Assembly: GCA_029261035.1 (NCBI GenBank)
Contig: JAJDCD010000004.1
Span: 132,765-196,764 of the forward strand
Direction: 5' to 3'
DNA: 64,000 bases
From: Candidatus Omnitrophota bacterium
GTDB taxonomy: Bacteria; Omnitrophota; Omnitrophia; Omnitrophales; JACROU01
Part shown: in pieces, positions 58,331-64,000 of the stretch
Position numbering within the stretch: position 1 is the first letter of the stretch
Layout: the number at the start of each line of letters is the position of its first letter
Program-made: the position numbers and the translations under genes
Notes under the pieces: generated by a model
What the model saw: only the letters and a program-made list of their open reading frames with translations
The model's database searches: none
Told to the model about the DNA's origin: nothing

Positions 58331-59941
58331 ATGAAGAGCTACCGTTTCTTATTCACCCTTCTTTTACTCTACCCCTTTCTCATTCTCACCCTTTCTGCTT
58401 TTCGGCCGGGGCCTGTGAACTCTCCTTTTGTGGAATATCAGGAGCCGGAGTTTTTGACTTATGAGGAGCTTCAGGAGTTGAGTCGGAATCCGGAGCCAAA
58501 TCGGAAGTTGAAGGCTAAGCTTGAGCGATTTTGGAAGACCCCTATTATTAGTAATGAGGCTTATATTCAAGGGATGATGCCTGCTGTGAAGAAAAATCGG
58601 CGTTTGGGCACCTTTATGCGAGTTGCGAGTTGGAATATTGAGAAGTCTCTTAATATTCCAGATGCGATTACTGTGTTTACTTCTCCTGAAAAATTTAAGG
58701 GTTTGATTAACACAGATATTCCTGTGGGTTCTACGGATTATGAATATATTCTTTTGCAGCAAAAACGGTTGATGACTTCGGATGTTGTGATCTTGCAGGA
58801 AATGGATATCGGGGTTAAACGATCGGGTTATAGGAATGCGACTGCCGATTTAGCCAAGGCGATGAATATGAATTACGCCTATGGGCCAGAACAGTTGGAA
58901 GTGGATCCTGTGATTCTGAGTCTTGAGAGTTTAAAGTTTGAAGATGATCGTTTGGATGAGGAAGCTACAAAATACTTTAGAGCCGACCCTGAGAAAGTGA
59001 AAGGGGTTTTTGGGAGTGCTGTTTTGTCTAAGTACCCTATCAAGTCTGCAGAGGTGTTTCAGTTAGAGACTCAGACTTATGATTGGTACTCCGGAGAGAT
59101 AAAGAAAACTACGTTTCTTGAGAAAGGGCGAAGAACGGGTTCGAAGACTGTTTTTAAGAATGAGTTGACGCGTGAGGTTAAGGTTGGCGGGCGAATTTTT
59201 TTTAGAGTGGATTTGTATGTGCCTGAGCTTCCGAATGAGACGTTGACGGTGATTAATGTGCATCTTGAGATTAAGTGTACGCCTAAAGGGCGTGAAATGC
59301 AGATGAAAGAGATTTTGAGTTATATTAAGGATATTAAGAATCCGGTGATTTTGGCTGGGGATTTTAATTCTGCCCCTACCGATTTGAGTCCGACGTCGGT
59401 GACTCGGGTTGTGAAACGGACGGCAAAGAATCCGACGACTTGGCTTTCTGTTGGGATTAATTATTTTACGGCTGAGGGGGCTACGATTAACACTTCCCGC
59501 TTTCTTTCTAATGCGACGAAGAATTTTCAAAATCCTTTGGCGAAGCATATTCCGATTGTGGCTCCGAATGCCGTTAAGGGGTTGTTTGATCGGGTTGAGT
59601 ATTTTCGGTTTAAGGATGATGGGGTTTTTGATTTTCGTGGGAATGGTGAAAGGTCGATGAATGGGAAGGATAAGAAGTTGGCTAATTCGAATGAGAGGGA
59701 TTTGATTGGGTTTAAGACGACGTTTCGTGTGAGACGGCCTATTGGGTTTATTGGGAAGTATCGATTGGATTGGATTTTTGTGAAATCGTTTTTGAAGGAT
59801 GGGAACGATGATTTTGGGTCGTATCGGTTTGCTCCGCATTTTGGGGAGACGCTTGAGGAGATGAATACGAGTTTGGTGAGAGCGGTTTCGGATCATCATC
59901 CGAATGTGGTGGATTTGCCTTTTGAGGAGCCGGGGGTTTAG
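58331..59941 (+). CDS. Exported endonuclease/exonuclease/phosphatase (EEP) family protein
   Basis: N-terminal hydrophobic signal; VASWNI, ILQE, NVHL, LAGDFN, LDWIF, SDH motifs. Confidence 0.88.
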   Translation: MKSYRFLFTLLLLYPFLILTLSAFRPGPVNSPFVEYQEPEFLTYEELQELSRNPEPNRKLKAKLERFWKTPIISNEAYIQGMMPAVKKNRRLGTFMRVASWNIEKSLNIPDAITVFTSPEKFKGLINTDIPVGSTDYEYILLQQKRLMTSDVVILQEMDIGVKRSGYRNATADLAKAMNMNYAYGPEQLEVDPVILSLESLKFEDDRLDEEATKYFRADPEKVKGVFGSAVLSKYPIKSAEVFQLETQTYDWYSGEIKKTTFLEKGRRTGSKTVFKNELTREVKVGGRIFFRVDLYVPELPNETLTVINVHLEIKCTPKGREMQMKEILSYIKDIKNPVILAGDFNSAPTDLSPTSVTRVVKRTAKNPTTWLSVGINYFTAEGATINTSRFLSNATKNFQNPLAKHIPIVAPNAVKGLFDRVEYFRFKDDGVFDFRGNGERSMNGKDKKLANSNERDLIGFKTTFRVRRPIGFIGKYRLDWIFVKSFLKDGNDDFGSYRFAPHFGETLEEMNTSLVRAVSDHHPNVVDLPFEEPGV

Positions 59942-59953
59942 GGAGTAATCGAT

Positions 59954-60028
59954 TGTCATTCTGAGGGATTTGGCAAATGCGCCGAAGAATCTTTTTGTCA
60001 GAGATCCTTCACTGCGTTCAGGATGACA
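59954..60028. repeat. Palindromic element, same family as 49054
   Basis: TGTCATTCTGAGG...GAAGAATCT...AGATCCTTCACTGCGTTCAGGATGACA. Confidence 0.85.
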
Positions 60029-60034
60029 GGGGGT

Positions 60035-60216
60035 TATATGCACCAGTCTTTGGTCTGCTGGGTTTTCAGTATTAGCAATTTTAAAGATTTTGGGAATATA
60101 TGTACCCGTCTTGGGTCTGCTGGATTTCGAGTATTAGCAATTTTAAAACTTTTGGGAGTATACGCACCCGTCTGGGTCTGCTTGGATGTGTTGTATTAAC
60201 AATTTTAAAGATGTTG
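60035..60216. repeat. Three degenerate 62-bp tandem repeats
   Basis: Units start at 60035, 60097, 60159; shared GGTCTGCT and GTATTA[G/A]CAATTTTAAA. Confidence 0.85.
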
Positions 60217-60401
60217 ATCCCATGGGGATTCGGCGCCCTCTGTTCGTTACTTGCTGGTCGCAAGCACTCACTCCGGGTCGGCCACTCGCTTCTCATAAAG
60301 AATTCAACAAATAAAGACCTGACATTGGGTCAGTTCTCTATTTATTTCATCGTGATGTATTTGTCGGCGCTCACTTTGAATTCCCAAGGGAATTCAAACA
60401 T

Positions 60402-60439
60402 AAAAAAGGCCCAGCTGGTTTTTCAGCTGGGCTTTTTTT
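60402..60439. terminator. Bidirectional intrinsic terminator after tRNA-Glu
   Basis: AAAAAA-GGCCCAGCTG-GTTTTT-CAGCTGGGCT-TTTTTT. Confidence 0.85.
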
Positions 60440-60517
60440 TGGCGTCCCCAAGGGGATTCGAACCCCTGTCGCCAGAATGAAAATCTGGTGTCCTAGGCCT
60501 GACTAGACGATGGGGAC
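60440..60517 (-). tRNA. tRNA-Glu(TTC)
   Basis: GTCCCCA acceptor, CCAGA-TTTTCAT-TCTGG anticodon arm, GGTTCGAATCC, encoded CCA. Confidence 0.96.
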
Positions 60518-60544
60518 GCAATTTGTTTGTGCAAAAGAGGGCAA

Positions 60545-60573
60545 ATTATAAACTAATGCTGGGGTTATGTAAA
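60545..60573 (-). promoter_or_regulatory. Sigma-70 promoter for tRNA-Glu
   Basis: TTTACA-17 bp-TATAAT on the minus strand, ending 27 bp upstream of the tRNA. Confidence 0.7.
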
Positions 60574-60581
60574 TAGCCATT

Positions 60582-61253
60582 TTATGAGCTGCGGGTTACT
60601 CCTATTTTTGGGCAGAATTTTTGCATGGGGCATTGGGTGCATTTGGGGGTTCTGGCTTCGCAGAGGGCGCGGCCGTGGTAGATCATTTCATGACAGAATT
60701 GGGTCCAGCGGGGTTTGGGGATGATTTTCATGAGGTCTTGCTCTACCTTTACTGCTTCCTTATTATACTTTGAGAAGCCGAACCTATAGCTCAAGCGGCC
60801 TATGTGGGTGTCTACTACCATGCCTGGGATGTTGAAGGCGTTGCCTAGGACTACGTTGGCTGTTTTGCGGCCTACGCCTCTTAGTTTGACTAGCTTCTCT
60901 AGTTCGTTGGGTACTTCTCCTCCGTGGAGCTCTAGGATGTCTCTGGAGCAAAATTTGATGGATTTGGCTTTGTTGCGGTAGAAGCCTGTCGACTTTACGG
61001 CTTCTTCTATGTCTGTTAAGGGGGCTTCTGCGAATGCTTTTACTGTTGGGTATTTTTTGAAGAGGCCCGGGGTTACTTTGTTTACTCGGACATCCGTGCA
61101 TTGGGCAGATAAGATGGTGGCAATTAAGAGTTGGAACGGGTTGTTATAGATTAGGGCGCAGTGAGCGTCGGGGTATTCTTTTTTGAGACTGCGTAAGACT
61201 TGGCCTACTCGCTTTTTGAGTTCTTCTTGTTTGGTGCTGGTTTTTTGAGTCAT
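60582..61253 (-). CDS. nth: Endonuclease III
   Basis: ILSAQCTD, HhH LRGVGRKTANVVL, VDTH, C-X6-C-X2-C-X5-C Fe-S motif. Confidence 0.97.
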   Translation of the reverse strand: MTQKTSTKQEELKKRVGQVLRSLKKEYPDAHCALIYNNPFQLLIATILSAQCTDVRVNKVTPGLFKKYPTVKAFAEAPLTDIEEAVKSTGFYRNKAKSIKFCSRDILELHGGEVPNELEKLVKLRGVGRKTANVVLGNAFNIPGMVVDTHIGRLSYRFGFSKYNKEAVKVEQDLMKIIPKPRWTQFCHEMIYHGRALCEARTPKCTQCPMQKFCPKIGVTRSS

Positions 61254-61268
61254 TCGTTTTGGGTAAGT

Positions 61269-61751
61269 TTAGTTACTTTGCTTGTCTGCTTCTTCTTTGA
61301 TCATGATGTTCCACTCTTCCCTTTTAACACGAAGAAGATCACCTAAGGTGTGTTCGTAAGCTTTGTCTTCTGTTGATATCGGCAAGTTACGGAACTCGGA
61401 GTCACAGATGTAACATACTTTGAGGAATTGAAGTTTTTTGTAAAGAATCCAATCGATGAAAGCTGCTACGGCTAAACTAAGACCATAAGTCCAAATGCTG
61501 AGAATGGCTCCTGCAATAAAGATGAGGAGGCCTAGCATTTTGTTGAAATCTTTCACCAAGTAAAAGTCATCGTAACCGCATAAGTGGCATTGAAATTTTT
61601 CTGCTTTTGGGTCTGAGACGAATTTAATTTTGTATTCGCAGTTTCCGCACTGGGTTCCCTCGTTAGGATCATCTACGACCACTTCGTTTTTATATTCACA
61701 AGCAGGACAATAATAACGGAAAATTAAGTCTTCATTTTTTTCTTGGCTCAT
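61269..61751 (-). CDS. Zinc-ribbon membrane protein (four CxxC pairs, TM hairpin)
   Basis: CPAC, CGNC, CHLC, TM segment, CYIC; ATG 61751 overlaps the upstream TGA (ATGA). Confidence 0.7.
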   Translation of the reverse strand: MSQEKNEDLIFRYYCPACEYKNEVVVDDPNEGTQCGNCEYKIKFVSDPKAEKFQCHLCGYDDFYLVKDFNKMLGLLIFIAGAILSIWTYGLSLAVAAFIDWILYKKLQFLKVCYICDSEFRNLPISTEDKAYEHTLGDLLRVKREEWNIMIKEEADKQSN

Positions 61752-62590
61752 AATGGAAATCCTATCGCTTGAAAGATGTAGTCTGCAAAAAGTTCTCCTA
61801 TAAATACAAAAATACAGGCGACATACAAAATACCTGTCGCCGCTTGATTCGAACGAAGTTTTGCTGTTTCTAAAATCATAAAAGATAAAATCAACGGTCC
61901 TAAAATCCCCCACACCACTCTCATGATGAAAAAGAGACCCAACTCGTTAAAAGACACTGCCCGTAACGGCAACGCATGTGCTTGAGGCCCCAGAAAGAAG
62001 TAGAACATCACAAAGAAAAGAATCAGACTCGCACCACGAATGATAGAAGAGGTTACCAAAGTTTTAGAGGCGTTAATCAAGTAACGAAATGGCAAATTAG
62101 GGGTTACTAAATACCAGTGCCCTAAGATCATCGTTCCGTAACTCCAACCCAACAGAACTGACCCCAACAGCAAAGATGTTCCGCCTAATATTTGAGCAAT
62201 AATAGATAGCTCCCCACTGACACCCATCATCCCTCTAGAAAATACAGTGGCAATCCCAGCAAGTACCGCCACAAACAAAAGGACGCGCGTCATCGTAAAA
62301 GCTTTAAATAAAACAAACAGATAAGAAAGTAAGAACACAGACATAACGATAATCAGCATAGTTTGAAATGTTGGATAATATAATTCAAACACAGCTGAGT
62401 TTGGCGCATTAGGATAGTTCTGTAAATAGTTTCTGAAAAGAAACAAGGAAAACAAAAGAAAGGAAAATGCAAAGAACCCATTGAGCAAATAAAAATTATG
62501 CTTTAATTGTTTGAGAGGCATAAATAACATAAACAATAATATGCCCACACCAAATTGTAAAAAAAACAAACTTGCTATTTGAGATAACAT
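61748..62590 (-). CDS. Polytopic membrane protein with GHWYL motif
   Basis: About 8 hydrophobic helices; MILGHWYLV, SNQAATGILY, GEL. Confidence 0.75.
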   Translation of the reverse strand: MLSQIASLFFLQFGVGILLFMLFMPLKQLKHNFYLLNGFFAFSFLLFSLFLFRNYLQNYPNAPNSAVFELYYPTFQTMLIIVMSVFLLSYLFVLFKAFTMTRVLLFVAVLAGIATVFSRGMMGVSGELSIIAQILGGTSLLLGSVLLGWSYGTMILGHWYLVTPNLPFRYLINASKTLVTSSIIRGASLILFFVMFYFFLGPQAHALPLRAVSFNELGLFFIMRVVWGILGPLILSFMILETAKLRSNQAATGILYVACIFVFIGELFADYIFQAIGFPL

Positions 62591-62604
62591 GGGACTTCCT
62601 TTCG

Positions 62605-62726
62605 GTGACTGTCATTGGCCTGCTTTTAGCAGAGCACAGTGACTGTCACCCAAAACTCATTTTAATCACGGTTCAATAATAGTGACAGTCACTTTGCTCT
62701 GCGGTACGCAGGCAAGTGACAGTCAC
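62605..62726. repeat. 45-bp inverted repeat pair bounded by GTGAC[T/A]GTCAC palindromes
   Basis: 62605-62649 matches the reverse complement of 62682-62726. Confidence 0.85.
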
Positions 62727-64000
62727 TATTTCCAATCTTTAAGTAATTGGCACAGAAGACGAACGCCGGCTCCGGTTGCCCCTACAGGAGTGTATGGATT
62801 TGGACTGTCGGCCCATGCAACACCCGCAATATCTAAATGAACCCAAGGATAATCTGCAACAAAATGTTGCAAGAACTTCCCTGCTGTAATCGTTCCCGCT
62901 AAACCAGAACTTACATTTTGAATGTCACAATATTTACTTTTAATCAGGTCATCATAGTCATCCCACATAGGAAGTTCCCATGTACGCTCACCCGAATCGG
63001 TACCTGCTTTAGTTACCTTAGAACCTAGTTTTGCATTATTAGTCATTAACCCCATGCATTTATCACCAAAAGTGTAAACACACATTCCGGTTAATGTGGC
63101 TAGATCAATAATTGCGTCCGGCTTAAATTTTTGAGCATAGGCTAAAGCATCCGCCAAAATCAAACGTCCTTCAGCATCCGTATTAATTACTTCGATTGTT
63201 TTATTATTGGAAGCCGTAACAATGTCTCCAGGTCTCTGTGCGTTATGGCCTGGCATATTTTCAACACAAGGGGTTATCCCAATGATATGGATCGGTAAAT
63301 TCATTTTACTGATCGCTTTCATGGTTCCGATTACTGCTGCAGCTCCCATCATATCGAATTTCATTTTTTCCATATCTTTTGAGGGTTTAATCGAAATACC
63401 ACCGGTATCGAACGTAACTCCCTTACCCACTAAACAAATGGTCTTCTTCGCATTTTTGGGTTTCTTCTCAAGCACAATCAGGTTTGGTTTATTGATACTG
63501 CCCTGAGCAACACCCAAAAGAGCTCCCATTTTCATTTTCTTGAGATCTGCTTCTTTAAAGACTTTGCAAGTAAGACCCTCTTTCTTTGCCATAGCTTGCG
63601 CTTCTTTTGCTACTTGATCTGGAGTCATCACGTTTGCAGGTTCATTGCCCAGATCTCGAGTAACACACATTGCGTCCGCAACAATAGCTCCATATTCTTT
63701 TCCTTTTTCAGAAAGTTTTTTCTCCCCTGCTTTATCTACAACGTAATCAATCTCTTCTAGAAGAAGTTTTTTGTTCTTAGATTTATCCGAATAATATTTT
63801 CCAAACTTATACTGAGACAGCACCAAAGATTCTGTAATCGATTGAGCAACCCGTTCTATAGACAACCCTTTTCCAGCAAAACTAGGAAGGTAGATCGCAA
63901 CTCTTCTTGTTTTTATTGTTTTAAGCTTTGCAAGTAACCCGGCTACATTTGCCGCCAAACTATGAGCATCCAGTTTCGCTTTACTACCTAAACCTACAAA
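62726..64000 (-). CDS. pepA: Leucyl aminopeptidase (5' end outside the window)
   Basis: VGKGVTFDTGG, MKFDM, NTDAEGRL, DLATLTG, WVHLDIAG. Confidence 0.96.
   Translation of the reverse strand, partial: FVGLGSKAKLDAHSLAANVAGLLAKLKTIKTRRVAIYLPSFAGKGLSIERVAQSITESLVLSQYKFGKYYSDKSKNKKLLLEEIDYVVDKAGEKKLSEKGKEYGAIVADAMCVTRDLGNEPANVMTPDQVAKEAQAMAKKEGLTCKVFKEADLKKMKMGALLGVAQGSINKPNLIVLEKKPKNAKKTICLVGKGVTFDTGGISIKPSKDMEKMKFDMMGAAAVIGTMKAISKMNLPIHIIGITPCVENMPGHNAQRPGDIVTASNNKTIEVINTDAEGRLILADALAYAQKFKPDAIIDLATLTGMCVYTFGDKCMGLMTNNAKLGSKVTKAGTDSGERTWELPMWDDYDDLIKSKYCDIQNVSSGLAGTITAGKFLQHFVADYPWVHLDIAGVAWADSPNPYTPVGATGAGVRLLCQLLKDWK

Noticed and set aside
59063-60043. 326-aa minus-strand ORF
   Set aside because: Antisense to the EEP gene; the strong G+T skew depletes stop codons; no recognisable motifs.
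60035-60216. Possible CRISPR array (62-bp period)
   Set aside because: Similarity spans the whole unit, there are no unique spacers, and no cas genes are in the window.

Overview
AT-rich bacterial chromosome segment with most genes on the minus strand. Gene content and the modular ~1300-aa protein suggest a PVC-superphylum organism, possibly Omnitrophota (inference). Most of it is housekeeping: proC, yggS, a Gld-type ABC module, tyrS, rpsA, tyrA/aroF/hisC/pheA, scpAB, trpS, uppP, manC, PMM/PGM, ppa, gltX, fused IOR, nadK, dxs-ispA-xseBA, ymdB-like, apt, a sigma-70 factor, ppdK, glyQS, comEA, nth, pepA and four tRNAs (Leu-GAG, Gln-CTG, Arg-CCT, Glu-TTC). Highlights: (1) a low-GC island with a standalone PIN nuclease facing a fusion of NDT-like domains to a P-loop ATPase, a candidate defence system; (2) a probably exported modular protein carrying a carbamate kinase domain between S[L/M]G linkers; (3) a structured element family (CGCC-GCGAGTT...GTCTGAG-CGCC in hairpin loops) whose orientation appears to track local G+T strand skew; (4) a dead-Cmk/PlsC fusion; (5) a 48-aa-repeat secreted protein with an orphan copy of its 3' end; (6) many palindromic, heptamer and tRNA-3' hairpin repeats. 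No CRISPR array, integrase, transposase or rRNA was seen. All calls are from motif recognition by eye, without database searches.
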